DNA from: Craspedostauros australis
Taxonomy: Eukaryota
Direction: 5' to 3'
DNA length: 64,000 bases
Assembly: GCA_030167865.1 (NCBI GenBank)
Contig: JALAGF010006552.1
Span: 1 to 64,000 of the forward strand
Shown: one piece after another, positions 38,377 through 49,845 of the stretch
How the letters are laid out: each line of letters starts with the position of its first letter
Position numbering within the stretch: the stretch's first letter is position 1
The notes under the pieces: model-generated
Told to the model about the DNA's origin: nothing
What the model saw: only the letters and a program-made list of their open reading frames with translations
The model's database searches: none
Program-made: the position numbers and the translations under genes

Positions 38377-39787
38377 ATGGCGACCGAACAGATCCGACAG
38401 ATGGTGAACTTCATCCTTCAGGAGGCACACGAGAAGGCGAACGAGATCCGCGTCAAGGTCAGTCGGGGCGTTCGGGCTGCGATCAGTCTTCCTTTCACAA
38501 GCAGCCGCACCCATCCATCCATCCGTTCAGGCTGCTCATCCATCGATCCAGCTGGACAGTCAACCACAGCCTCATCCCAGCGTCCGTCTGAAGCACAGCA
38601 TCGACAGCAAACTTCGCTGCGAAACAAGAGAATGGCGGAGCAATGACGCGCGGCGAAACTCGCAAAAATCTAGCCGTTGGAAAATTGCAGCCATGACTCG
38701 AGTCTAGGCGTTCTCTGCGCAAGTCTCAAGATGCTAATGATGCTGCTGACGATGAGGATGTGGTGATGAATGGAAGACTTCAGCAATTGCGACGAATGGA
38801 TGGGCTCAGTGGGATGTGGTTCGCTGGCTGCGAATGGAAGACGAACTTGATGTGATGAATGCCACATAGCCAACTGGCACAGACGCAGACGCAGAAACCG
38901 CCTTGTGCCAGTCTAGCCCAAAAGCAAGGCGCAGTGTATCGGAGCGACATGATGACGGAGTGTATCAGTGGATGACGGCGACAATACTGCACGATATACT
39001 GCTTCCATTGTGCAATCATACTTGGTGTGCCCTGTACGGCGTTTGCGTCAGTTCATTGCCTTCCGCAATACGTTCACATTTCTCACCCTCATTCATGTCA
39101 TTTTCTTTCCCATCCACCCCCATCGATGGCGCTCCCAATGACGACAACAACAACAATGACACCACCATCACACAACTCAATGACGCAAACATTCATCAGA
39201 CTGAGCACGACTTCAACTTGGAGAAGCAGACTCTGGTGCACGAGGCCAAGCTCAACATCCAGGATGAATTCACCAAGAAGGAGAAGGACCGACAGATCCA
39301 GGAGCGCATCGCCCGATCCACCGAGGTCGGCACATGCCGCGTCAAGAAGATGAAGCTCCGTGACGAGCTCCTCCAGACCCTCCTCAAGGAGGCCGGAGCC
39401 AAGTGCGCCGTCGTCACCCGCGGACAGAACTACCCCCAGCTCCTCCAGAAGCTCATCGTGCAGGGACTCATCAAGATGGAGGAGAACGAGATCACCGTCT
39501 TCTGCCGCGGAGAGGATGTCGACACAGTCCAGACCATCTTGGAACCAGCCGTCGCCGAGTACGTTGATATCATGAAGCGTGAGTCCGGTGTCACGCTCAA
39601 GCCAGTCGTCGTCCTCAATGCCGACCGCTCCTTCGATCTGCAGGAATCCACGTACGGCGGCGTCCTCATGACCGCCATCGGAGGAAAGATCGTCTGCGAC
39701 AACACAATGGCCGCCCGTCTCTCCCTCGTCTACGAAGAACTCTTGCCATCTATCCGTGCCATCCTCTTCCCAGACTCCACACAGTAA
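38377..39787 (+). CDS. ATP6V1E: V-type H+-ATPase subunit E; 2 exons
   Basis: Exons are 38377-38457 (MATEQIRQMVNFILQEAHEKANEIRVK) and 39200-39787 (TEHDFNLEKQ...GGKIVCDNTMAARL...LLPSIRAILF), separated by a 742-nt GT-AG intron. Confidence 0.96.
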
Positions 39788-40192
39788 ACAAACAAACAAC
39801 ACGCCACAACAACCACGACGCAACACTAGCAGGAAATACCTCGTGCTGCATTTTGCGTTAATCATCTTCTAAAAACGACGACTTGAACCGTTCACTACTG
39901 CTACAATACGTACAAGTATGGAGCTTGTACTCAATTCGCAACTGCACGCGTGATGTGTTGATCAGTGTCAGATACTCCAGAATGCACTCATACTAATACA
40001 TGCAGGCACAAGAGGATGACATCGCAGCACCATTCTACGCACGCACGCATGATCAGAGTGCATTATTCTAGTCCACCGTCTCATCATACGTATACAGTGG
40101 TGCATACGACGACTGGAGAATATTGTCAAATAGCTAGTTACAGACGCTGCAAGCTAATACACTCAACTGCTGTCTACTCTATTCTGCGTACT

Positions 40193-43100
40193 CTACGTCA
40201 TTCCAGGCTGGTAACCTTGCACGGACAGCTCAAAGTCCAAATCGTCGGTACCTGCGGCACGATCGAACTGGCGGTACCGACCGAAGCGGCGCACCACGAG
40301 TCCCACGCCGATCACTGCCAACGTCGCAAGTACACCGTAAACGACACCCATGGGGAATCCCTTCGATTCCTTCCGCTCGCTTTGCTTTTGAGGGGTGCCG
40401 AAGTGCTGATGCGGAGCCGATGTGGGAGCGGGGACGTGCGTCGCGTGCGGTGCGGACGAATGTGGATGCGACGGGGAACCCTTGGTGTTCAATTCGACCT
40501 TCACGAGGAAGGTGCGGATGTCCATCGGCTCCAGCGACACGATCGTGTCATCTGATGCGATGGGATCCGGCAACGGACCGCTGCCTCTCCAATCAATGCG
40601 CCGGTCATTCCAATCCGCGTACTTCTGGTTGGCGCTCAGCGTCATCTCGGTCACTTTGCTGATGGCGTATCCGTCGAACAAAACCTGGAGATCAACCGTC
40701 GCTGTCTTGGACAGCGTCGCGTCCTCACCCACGCTGAATTGATGACCCAATCGCACCAGATACAGATCGGGCTTCTGCCGTGTGTACGTCATGAGCATCA
40801 CGTTCTTGGGCAGCGCGTTGTTGCGCGAGATTGCAGAAATGTCATTGAACGTGCTGTGCTGTTTGCCCCCGTCCTGGAACAGCGACCCGGCAAACAACAG
40901 CGGTTCCATGAAGATATCGTCCATATTCGTTCGGATGGATTCGCTGGCGTCGTTGGCCTTTCCAAAGATGAGGCGGTGGGTGCCGCGGATGATGAGCCCG
41001 TCTCCAACGCGTGTTGCATCACCGTACGGCGGGTACGGCGTCATGCCCTGGTCGGTTTCGTCCAGCGCCTCGCCGACACCGCGGCTGTCGTCGTTGATCA
41101 TGCGCCGGTGGACCATGACCTCCAGCGCCTTGTCTGAGGAGTCGTCACCGTCATCGATGCACATCCCACCGACGGACCGGTCCGTGACGATCGCCATGAA
41201 CTCGTCGGATGTTTCGAAGGAGATGCCGGCGGTGACGGGGTAGTAGTTGCCGGCAATTTCTTCGCTGACGTCCAGATCCCACGTGGGGCGGTGATTCCAT
41301 TTGCGCTCCAGGAACTCGCGTCCGTTGGAATCCGTCTTGCAGGTGCCGGACTTCATGCCAGCCGACGTGTAGCGCGAGACAATTTCCTTGCCACGACCAT
41401 CCGAGACGTCGATGGGTCCCACGGTGTACTCGACCTCCATGTAGTCCTTGTCGGCGTAGACGCGGATGACCTGGGACAGCCAATCCACGTCGAAGTTGGA
41501 TCGGATTTCGACGACGTCGTCGTTGGAGGACGCCACGAACTCCGCGCCGCCGGCTTTGGCGCTGAGAGGGACCATGCTGTCCTTGCCCGAATCCTTGGGA
41601 CGGAAGATGTAGGCACCTGAATTTTGCCGCTTGTTGGGCGTGGTATCGGTTGCGTCGGTGTCGTCCTGGTAGGATTCGTAATACCCCCATTGCTGCTTGA
41701 CGTCCATGTCGTGCTTGTGCGAGCTTCCTTTCATCTGGATCGACTGCAGCGTGCCGCTGTCATCGAACTCGGCTTGGAATTTCGCGTTGGAAACGGTGCG
41801 GTGCTGCGTGCTGGCCGCGGGTGCGCTGATCTCCACAGCGGGCGATTCCGCAGTGGCCACCTCGGTCGTCTGGGGCACCTTCGCAATGGTGTAAACCCCC
41901 ATCCCGGTCGGCGGAAGCTCGCCCGAATTCCACGTGATGTACTGGCCGGCGCCGTCGTCAAATTTGGAGGCCGAGACGGGCATGGAATCCACGGTGAGCG
42001 TGGTGTCATTCGTCGCATTGCATCCCTTGCACGTGACGTGGTACCGTCCCTCCGATCCGACGGGCAGCCGGACGTAGGTGTTGCGTGCTTGGGCCAGGGC
42101 GTTGTACACGATGATGGCGAGAACATCATTGCCATCATCCGTCGCGTCGCTGGAAGTTTGCGCCACGGCGACGTCGCACTTGGTCTCGTTGAGGAGCTGG
42201 CAGTAGTCGAGGTCGTTCATCTGAAATGCCTTGTCCTGGAAGACGAGGACGTGGCGCAGCTGTTGCTTGATCATGGTCATCGCCTTTGAGATGCCATGGC
42301 TGATGCGCTTGGCGTAATCGTAGGCGACGTGCTGCTTGGAGGTACCCGTGATGGCGTCATGATGCTGCGCGATGCCCAGGGCGTCCTCGAGGGGGAAGAG
42401 GGACCAGCCGCAGTCGCACCTGAGGGTGGGCGAGTTGTGATGGTGCTCGAGGCGGTTGATCTCGCGCAGCTTGCCGAGCAGGGCCTCCATCTGACGCGCG
42501 GAGTTGAAGATGGCGGAGGCCTGTCGGATGAGACGTTTGAGGGCTGGCCGTGACGTGAAGTATCCCGTCCAGTAGGCGTTTGTGTTGTCGGCGTAGGGGA
42601 AGAAATCATCCCGCTTCTCATCGTAGGACGGCGAGGCCGCATCCGCCTTTTGCTGCAGCTCCTTGTACTTCCACTCCGTGTAGTAGTCCGGCGAGGAGTA
42701 GAAGATGTGGAGCTTGTCAAATCCTAGATCCCCGAACAACGCTTTGATGCGGGCTGGATTGACGTCCTGGATGGCGTTGACGCCCTGGATGAGGAGGTCG
42801 TTGCTGCGGAATGCGGCTGGCGCGTCCTGGTAGCGGAAGTCCGTCCCCATGGTGACCATCATGTGGTGGCCTTGCGTGCGATTTGCCTGCGTGACCAGCT
42901 GCGGCAGGAGCACCTCGTCGAGCCGCGTGAGCATGGCTGGCAATGTCAGATCCTGCAACAATGGATCTGCGTCATCCGCTGAAGAGACGCCGGTGAGGAA
43001 GTCAAAACCGTCCGGCGCGCCGTAGTTGCCTCCGTAGCTTCCCGTCAACCCCCAGAAGATGGAGGTGTCCGCCTTGCTGCCCAGGTTGCCATCCTGGGAG

Positions 43101-44143
43101 GCCTTCCAAAAGCCCTCGCATTGGCGTTGGTCGTGGCGCTGGGCCAGATCCTGGTGGTCGATGCGTCCCATGTAGAGGGCGTCGAAGCCCATCTTGTGGG
43201 TGAAGTAGGATGCCTGGGAGCTGGAGTGGCCGAAGGGGTCGAGCTGCCAGCCGACCTTTGGGATGGCGCCGAGCTCTAGGTTGAGGAAGGTGTGTCCCGT
43301 CGTGGTCTGATCGATCATGGCGAGGTAATGCGCCGCGGCCTCATCATGCATGCTCCAGGCGCCGTTGACGAAGGACAGCTGGTTGGTGGTGTTGACGAGT
43401 CGCCTCACGAGCTTCTTCTTGAGCTTGGACTGCTTGAGCCACCACTGCGAGAAGAACTTTTGCTCCACGTAGACGAAGGTCCTGTTTTCATTCTCCTTGA
43501 GAGCGTCCATGGAGGTCGTGAGGATGGCCTGCACGTTGACCTCCCGGATCGAATTGTTGAGTCCGTGGTAGTACTGATCCACCGTCTTGAGCCAGCCGAC
43601 GTCGTCGTGCGTGTGAGGCACGATGTGAATGTACAGCGTCTTGTCATCGTCTTTCGTCGCATCATCGTTGCTCGGGACGCTAAACTTGGTGGCATGGCCG
43701 AGTTCGATCGTATCATCGTACGTGAAGTCGCTGCCATCTCCTGCATCGCCATCGTTGGTGTCATCGGTGCCTGCTTGCGTTGGCTGGGATGTTGGCGTTT
43801 GCGTTGGGGAATCGCTGCTGCCATCAATATCAGTAGTGTTGCCATCTGTACTGTTTGTATTTGTATCGGTACTGTTGCCATCCGTGCTGTTGGTGCCATC
43901 GCCTCCATCGCCTTGGAGGGAGCGCAGCTGATCCAACGCAACATCAACGTGGCCATTGCTCTCCTCATCATGCATCGTCACGGCGCTGGACGCTGTCGTT
44001 GACGTTGACGTTGACGTCGATGTTGTCGCAGCAACGCAGAGCGATGATGACGATGATGATGTGATGAAAGGGATTGCGCACAAGAGACCTGCCGACAGGA
44101 TGCGGGTCCATCTTGCGCTCGCTGCTCTTCTGTTGTCCTTCAT
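40193..44143 (-). CDS. GH38 alpha-mannosidase (lysosomal/vacuolar type) with signal peptide and C-terminal TM anchor
   Basis: Motifs: HIVPHTHDDVGWLKT, catalytic GWQLDPFGHS, DDFFPYAD...YWTGYFTSRP, QHHDAITGT, SGAYIFRP, TDSNGRE, IAGNYYPV and MVHRR. First ATG is at 44143. Confidence 0.96.
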   Translation of the reverse strand: MKDNRRAASARWTRILSAGLLCAIPFITSSSSSSLCVAATTSTSTSTSTTASSAVTMHDEESNGHVDVALDQLRSLQGDGGDGTNSTDGNSTDTNTNSTDGNTTDIDGSSDSPTQTPTSQPTQAGTDDTNDGDAGDGSDFTYDDTIELGHATKFSVPSNDDATKDDDKTLYIHIVPHTHDDVGWLKTVDQYYHGLNNSIREVNVQAILTTSMDALKENENRTFVYVEQKFFSQWWLKQSKLKKKLVRRLVNTTNQLSFVNGAWSMHDEAAAHYLAMIDQTTTGHTFLNLELGAIPKVGWQLDPFGHSSSQASYFTHKMGFDALYMGRIDHQDLAQRHDQRQCEGFWKASQDGNLGSKADTSIFWGLTGSYGGNYGAPDGFDFLTGVSSADDADPLLQDLTLPAMLTRLDEVLLPQLVTQANRTQGHHMMVTMGTDFRYQDAPAAFRSNDLLIQGVNAIQDVNPARIKALFGDLGFDKLHIFYSSPDYYTEWKYKELQQKADAASPSYDEKRDDFFPYADNTNAYWTGYFTSRPALKRLIRQASAIFNSARQMEALLGKLREINRLEHHHNSPTLRCDCGWSLFPLEDALGIAQHHDAITGTSKQHVAYDYAKRISHGISKAMTMIKQQLRHVLVFQDKAFQMNDLDYCQLLNETKCDVAVAQTSSDATDDGNDVLAIIVYNALAQARNTYVRLPVGSEGRYHVTCKGCNATNDTTLTVDSMPVSASKFDDGAGQYITWNSGELPPTGMGVYTIAKVPQTTEVATAESPAVEISAPAASTQHRTVSNAKFQAEFDDSGTLQSIQMKGSSHKHDMDVKQQWGYYESYQDDTDATDTTPNKRQNSGAYIFRPKDSGKDSMVPLSAKAGGAEFVASSNDDVVEIRSNFDVDWLSQVIRVYADKDYMEVEYTVGPIDVSDGRGKEIVSRYTSAGMKSGTCKTDSNGREFLERKWNHRPTWDLDVSEEIAGNYYPVTAGISFETSDEFMAIVTDRSVGGMCIDDGDDSSDKALEVMVHRRMINDDSRGVGEALDETDQGMTPYPPYGDATRVGDGLIIRGTHRLIFGKANDASESIRTNMDDIFMEPLLFAGSLFQDGGKQHSTFNDISAISRNNALPKNVMLMTYTRQKPDLYLVRLGHQFSVGEDATLSKTATVDLQVLFDGYAISKVTEMTLSANQKYADWNDRRIDWRGSGPLPDPIASDDTIVSLEPMDIRTFLVKVELNTKGSPSHPHSSAPHATHVPAPTSAPHQHFGTPQKQSERKESKGFPMGVVYGVLATLAVIGVGLVVRRFGRYRQFDRAAGTDDLDFELSVQGYQPGMT

Positions 44144-45162
44144 GGTGTTGCCGTGATGCTGCACAGACTCTCTCTCTCTGGAAAGCTCCCTCCTCTTGCT
44201 ATTGATGATGTTGCCGACGGGCTGGACGAACTTGATGATCGTTGGAGTCTGGAAGAGTACGTACTATTACGAGTCTGCTCGTGCAATAGCTCGTGTGAGT
44301 ACTCGTATAGCAGTCGTACTCTGGGTGGAGTAGATTGATCGGTCGTCACTCTCCAAGTGAACAGAAGTAGACGTATCGCAAGAGTGCAGCGTCTCTGTTT
44401 GGTATAGTATAGTATTGCGGCTTGTATAGTATAATAGGTAGTACGGCCTCCTAGTATGGTTTGCTAGTGACGCTGACGAGGGGCAGTGGCATCCAAGAGA
44501 GACGTGACCCTCAGCACCACTTCCATTGGCAGCTCGCACGAGGATGGACCGGTGCGTGATTGTGGAGATGGGTCGGACCACACCAGAGTAGGTATAGCGG
44601 AGTATGGTACAATCAATGCACAACCAATGCCAACCGAACAACCAAAGAACGAAAGACAAGAAAGGCGCAAACGATCCACAACATCAACTCCCGCCAACTC
44701 CAAATTCGAAATGACCGATTCGTGACACTGTCTGGTCGCCGTCCGGATTCGCCTGTTCTTCTGTCTTTTCATGACCGTTTGAAACGGAGAACGATGGCGC
44801 AACAGTGTCACAATCGTGTGTCTCATGCGACATCATCGGTTGCGCGTGACGAGAAACGACACAAAACCCAACGGGTCATTTTCTGGAGTGGGAATTCCAC
44901 ACAGTGATGTCTCCAACAATGCCCTGTTGCGGAACGTGGAATAGCTCGTTGCTGGATACTCCTACAACCAGCACCAACACGATCTGGGCTGGAGGCGCCA
45001 ATGCGGTGAGTGGAGAGACGGCGAGCCGAGTGAGGGGCGAGGACACGGTCTCTGCAAGTAGCTTGATAGGTGTCCCCCACTGTTTCACTCTCGACAACCT
45101 CACATCATCTGACGCAACCTCACACAACCTCACATAAGTGAACGAAGACGGAGACAGAAAGG

Positions 45163-48100
45163 ATGGACGCCACCAACGCGGCACCGCTGGGAGCGGCAGC
45201 ATCCACGGTGAAGAACATCAAGGAGTGGATCATCCACGCTGCCAGCGATGTGCAGCAGCGAGCGGAGAACTTTCGACATCACAGCCATGGCTCCGTTCCC
45301 TCCGGGCATGACTTCTCGGCGGATGACATCGGCATGCTGCCCGTGCTGCCCAGCAAGCAGGATCGCATGCTCGTGCTGCATGCGGTTCTAGCGGCGGCGG
45401 ATCAGGTGGAGAAGGAGCGCACCGAGTTGCAGGTCACCAGGCGCTCCTCTGCCACCAGCACTGCTGTCACTACGGAGACGCCCATCATGAAGGCGCAGCG
45501 GGAGAAGTACCGTCAGCGTCTCAACTCCGTCCTGCAGGAGCAGCTGGTGCCGGCGGCGGCATCGGCCCTGCTGCTTTGCGATCCCATGCCCAAGGATGAC
45601 CCACCGCACAAGCAATCCGCGAAGGACGGTCACGCCAAACCCAAGGACGGGCATGACCACCGACGCAGCCAAGAGTTGGAGCTGGAGCAGGCGATGAAGC
45701 AGGCCAAGGCCCTGCACGAGCTCTGCAACGTCATGGCGGGCGCCAGCATGCTCAATCCGAATCTCTACCTCATCCAGGATCCCTACGAGTGCATGGTGCT
45801 CCTCATTTCGAACCTGGTCCTGCACTACGGCGAGACGCATGGCGGCTACGATGCCAGGGTGCGTCATGTCATCCAGCGGGCCTGCACCTCCATGCTCGTG
45901 GAGTGGATGGAGCGCATGCTTGTCGAGGAACGCACCAAGCCTGAAGGCCATCATCACTACTACGACAATGGCAATGCCGCTCATGATGATGACGATGACG
46001 ATAGGATTCCGCAATTCTCACCCTATCATCCGCAGCTGCGTGACGTGCTCTACGAGGCTTCCGCTACCATTGAGATTTATGAATCGCATGCAGAAGGGAA
46101 GGGGGAGCAAGACGAGTCGCCGGAAGATACAGATACAGATGCAGACGCAGATGTAGACGCAGCAGATACTGCCAAAGCCAAGGACACGGACGAAGACAAG
46201 GATGAAGACAACGATGAAGACACGGATAAGGATATGGAGAAACAGCAGGATGGCCAGACTGTCGCTACAGCATCAAATCCTACCAACGCGGATGAAGTGG
46301 CCGTCGCTGATACCAAGGATGATGACAACGCCACTGATAATCAAAAGGAAGAAGAAAATAAGGATGGCAAGGATGATAACGACAAGCAAGCTGAAGGCGC
46401 CAAACAGGAGGAGGATGCGGTCGACCAAACCACTCCGGAAGTCACCGACGACGAAACTCCACCAACCGAACCAGAGTATCCACCTCAACCAACCGAGCCT
46501 CCGCCTCCCCCACCAACATCGGACACATCGGAATCGGAACCAACGTCTTCTTTCCCACAATCCAATGACAGCAATGACGACGAGGAGGAGGAGGAGGAAA
46601 ATGGCTTCATGGTCCCCATGGATCCCTTCGCAGCCCCGTTACCATTGGAAACCACCATGACGATGCCACCACCGGTCTCAACGGTGGATTCCCTTCACGC
46701 AATCAACACGAGGCAAGGCATGCTGTCTCCCACATTCTCAGCCGATGATCCAAACAGCACTGATCAACAGTCTGACAGCAAGTCGTCGCAGCAGCTACAA
46801 CCAGTCAAACGACCAAGCTTGCGACTTTCACGGAGAGATCGTCGAAAATTACTCAGGCGATTGGCGGCCAGGAAATTCCTTGCCATGGAGCAAACCATCG
46901 CCGGCAAAATGGCAGCGCTCTTGCTCTCCAATTTCAAGCCCGAGGAAACCATGAAGCAAAAACGTGAACAGTCCATCTCCAGCATGCGCTCGGACAACGA
47001 TGCCACGGCCGCCGCCGCTGCCACTGCCACTGCTAGTAGTGGTGGAAGCAGTTGGCAACGAGAGAGCAGTAGCAGTATCAATGGTCTTCCAACTGCCGAC
47101 AGCATTGGCACTGACCACAATGGTTCTAATACTGAACAGACAATGTCTGATCCTGTCACTATCGCACCCACTGCTACCACCGTTCCTTCTCCGAATTCAA
47201 CCGACGAGCAAACCGACGATGGCGTCGCACAGCAATCATTGAATCCAACTCCAGAGTTCTCAACAGATGATGCTGCGCAAAGCAAGTTGCCAGTCCCAGC
47301 AGCCGTCAACAACGCAACGGCCACCACCAATCTGTCGGGTGGTGCGAATCCAGCAGTCCACAACTTCAACCAAATGAAGCAGACCATGGCCATCGTCGCC
47401 AAGAAGCAGACCGAACAGATGGGCCTGGTCCTGCTCAAGAACAAGAAAAAGATTATCCGCGGTTTGCAGATCACGGGCGTTGGAGCGGTTGCTGGCACAG
47501 TCTTTGCGTTAACAGGCGGTCTGGCAGCGCCTGCGATCGCCGCATGGATTGCAGGCTTTGGTTTTGCGACGGGCACGACAGCGTCGGCAGTGGTGGCGGT
47601 CGTTACGACATCGCAAGTCGTTGCCACCATCTTCGGTCTCGGCGGGGGTGGATTGGCTGCGTACAAGATGAACAAACGGACCGCCGGGCTGCGAGAATTC
47701 CGTCTGCGCCGCGAGCAGATCGATCAAACCACGCACATGGAAGCCACGGATCAGATCTTGAGGAGGGGCATCCAGGCCAGCCTACCGCAGCTGCACACGA
47801 CCATCTGCGTCAGCGGTTGGTTGGAACATCTCTCCGACTTCCAGCGCCCATGGGGCATCCAGCCGACGGACCCATGCATCAACAACCCCGTCTTCCTTCT
47901 GAGACGGTTCTTCACCGTCCACGACCCATCTCGGATCTCCACCTTCCAGGATGAGATGAAGAAGCGTCAGCGAGCGGAACGGCGGTCGTTTGCGTGGGAG
48001 ACAGTGTACTGCGAGCTGCAGCAGCAGTACGGCGTCAACCCGCAGCATCTGCTCCCAATAGAGGTGCCAGAAAGTCAGGAGTCTATCTACACACTAACCA

Positions 48101-49455
48101 AACCACAGCAGGGCATGGTCAGCGAAGTGCTGGAGAAGATCGTCCTCTCCAAGATCTACCTCAACAACCTCGACATGGTGGAAGAAAAGCCTTCCGAGGG
48201 ACCTGCGGAAATCTGCGTGATCGACGAGGAGATGAGCATCACGTCGTCTCAGAAGGACATGTCCGTCGTCACGAACGGCGAGACGGAGGAATTGTCGCAG
48301 GTCACGGGATCTGTGCTGGATCAAGACGAGCTGAGCATCGCGACAGATGACACGGGCTTTGATTCCTGCAGCAACGATGGCCTTGCTCCCGTCTCGTCGC
48401 CGACGCCAACAGCAGCGTCGGCAGCAGCACCCGCAAACGCCAGCACCAACAATCTGCAAGCATCCGACTTCGTGTGGTCCGACGAGAAGGGGACCGCGTC
48501 GTTGAAGAAGCTCGAAGCTCAGGCAGACGAGCAGGACATGCAACGGCAAAAAGGAGAATGGGCTGAGCAAAAGCTATTGGAGGCAGCTGCGCACCAGAAC
48601 ATGTCCAGCTCCACCATCGAGTTGGATGAAGATGATATCACCGCCGACGCTGCCAACGCAGCAGAATGCGTCGTCTGGGATTGGCACACCATCATGGGCG
48701 GTGACCTGCACACGTTGACGTGGGAAAGCCAAGTCCTGAGCGGTCTATCGCACATTGTTGCGACGATGGCGACAGAGGTGACATCTCAAACCACCAAGCA
48801 GGTGCTCGGAGCAACGGCCGTCGGTGCGATCTTTGCTGCGGTCGCCATCCCATCTGCATTGCTCACCGCATCGCAGCTCATTGACGACCCCTACCAGATC
48901 GTCATCTTGCGTGCTGACGAGGCCGGTGCGGAGCTGGCCAAGTGCCTGCTGCAAAGCGAGGAACGCCGCCCCGTCTCCCTCATCGGATATTCCTTCGGTG
49001 CCAGAGTCATCTTCACCTGTCTTTCGGAGCTGGCGCGTCATCAGGATCTGTGGGAATACCGGCAGAGTTTGACGCCGCAAGAATTGCGCAAGTACAAGCG
49101 CGAGAACCGCCACAAGCTGATGAACGATGACAGTCAGATCTTGGACTACATCCGCGAACCCGCGAGCATCGTCCAAGACGTGGTCGTGATGGGTCTCCCT
49201 CGCGCCATGGATGCACAGGCCATCGCGAAGGCACGGTACATGGCCGGTGGACGGTTCGTGAACTGCTACTCTCGCAAGGACTGGTTGCTCTCCCTCATGT
49301 TCCTCGCGCGCGCGGGGACGCAAACCTGCGGAACCCATCCCATCGAGGGCGTGCCGGGCATTGAAAATTGCAACGTGACGGATGTCGTCGAAGCGCATGC
49401 GAAGTACGGTGATGCCGTCCCCAAGATCTTGAAGCGGGTTGGTCCGTTGTGCTAG
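45163..49455 (+). CDS. TMCO4/DUF726 (Mil1-like) protein with alpha/beta-hydrolase-like C-terminus
   Basis: Motifs: YDARVR, GTVFALTGGLAAPAIA, YKMNKRTAGLREF, ICVSGWL, nucleophile elbow RPVSLIGYSFGARVIF and GRFVNCYSRKDWLL. Confidence 0.88.
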   Translation: MDATNAAPLGAAASTVKNIKEWIIHAASDVQQRAENFRHHSHGSVPSGHDFSADDIGMLPVLPSKQDRMLVLHAVLAAADQVEKERTELQVTRRSSATSTAVTTETPIMKAQREKYRQRLNSVLQEQLVPAAASALLLCDPMPKDDPPHKQSAKDGHAKPKDGHDHRRSQELELEQAMKQAKALHELCNVMAGASMLNPNLYLIQDPYECMVLLISNLVLHYGETHGGYDARVRHVIQRACTSMLVEWMERMLVEERTKPEGHHHYYDNGNAAHDDDDDDRIPQFSPYHPQLRDVLYEASATIEIYESHAEGKGEQDESPEDTDTDADADVDAADTAKAKDTDEDKDEDNDEDTDKDMEKQQDGQTVATASNPTNADEVAVADTKDDDNATDNQKEEENKDGKDDNDKQAEGAKQEEDAVDQTTPEVTDDETPPTEPEYPPQPTEPPPPPPTSDTSESEPTSSFPQSNDSNDDEEEEEENGFMVPMDPFAAPLPLETTMTMPPPVSTVDSLHAINTRQGMLSPTFSADDPNSTDQQSDSKSSQQLQPVKRPSLRLSRRDRRKLLRRLAARKFLAMEQTIAGKMAALLLSNFKPEETMKQKREQSISSMRSDNDATAAAAATATASSGGSSWQRESSSSINGLPTADSIGTDHNGSNTEQTMSDPVTIAPTATTVPSPNSTDEQTDDGVAQQSLNPTPEFSTDDAAQSKLPVPAAVNNATATTNLSGGANPAVHNFNQMKQTMAIVAKKQTEQMGLVLLKNKKKIIRGLQITGVGAVAGTVFALTGGLAAPAIAAWIAGFGFATGTTASAVVAVVTTSQVVATIFGLGGGGLAAYKMNKRTAGLREFRLRREQIDQTTHMEATDQILRRGIQASLPQLHTTICVSGWLEHLSDFQRPWGIQPTDPCINNPVFLLRRFFTVHDPSRISTFQDEMKKRQRAERRSFAWETVYCELQQQYGVNPQHLLPIEVPESQESIYTLTKPQQGMVSEVLEKIVLSKIYLNNLDMVEEKPSEGPAEICVIDEEMSITSSQKDMSVVTNGETEELSQVTGSVLDQDELSIATDDTGFDSCSNDGLAPVSSPTPTAASAAAPANASTNNLQASDFVWSDEKGTASLKKLEAQADEQDMQRQKGEWAEQKLLEAAAHQNMSSSTIELDEDDITADAANAAECVVWDWHTIMGGDLHTLTWESQVLSGLSHIVATMATEVTSQTTKQVLGATAVGAIFAAVAIPSALLTASQLIDDPYQIVILRADEAGAELAKCLLQSEERRPVSLIGYSFGARVIFTCLSELARHQDLWEYRQSLTPQELRKYKRENRHKLMNDDSQILDYIREPASIVQDVVVMGLPRAMDAQAIAKARYMAGGRFVNCYSRKDWLLSLMFLARAGTQTCGTHPIEGVPGIENCNVTDVVEAHAKYGDAVPKILKRVGPLC

Positions 49456-49845
49456 ACGAGTTGGCGAAATTAGTGCCACCTGAGAGCCAATCTAGTGGAG
49501 TGTCCCACGAAGTGTGCAATGAAGTGTCCAAGATAAAACATAGAATACCACGAGTCATAGTACACTGCATGATTCTGCTTTACCCCACTTGTACTTTGAG
49601 CTCGTTTTGTACATGAGACCGGTGGTGACCAAAGTGGTGATAAAACTCAAGGCACCATGGACTGCCAACTGCAATCAAATCGAGTTGGCAGATGGGCAGA
49701 CACCAATGCTATTGGTACTCTAGTCTAATGTACTCTACTCTATTTAGCCAATCGTTGATACCCCCATTGACGGCTCCGCAACTTCTCCATGAGAGCGCAT
49801 GCTACGAGTACTAGGATGCAGGTGCCCCTCTCTCTACAGCGTTCT

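Noticed and set aside
38735..38960. Intronic box C/D snoRNA
   Set aside because: C-box-like heptamers are present, but there is no D box at a suitable distance and no terminal stem.
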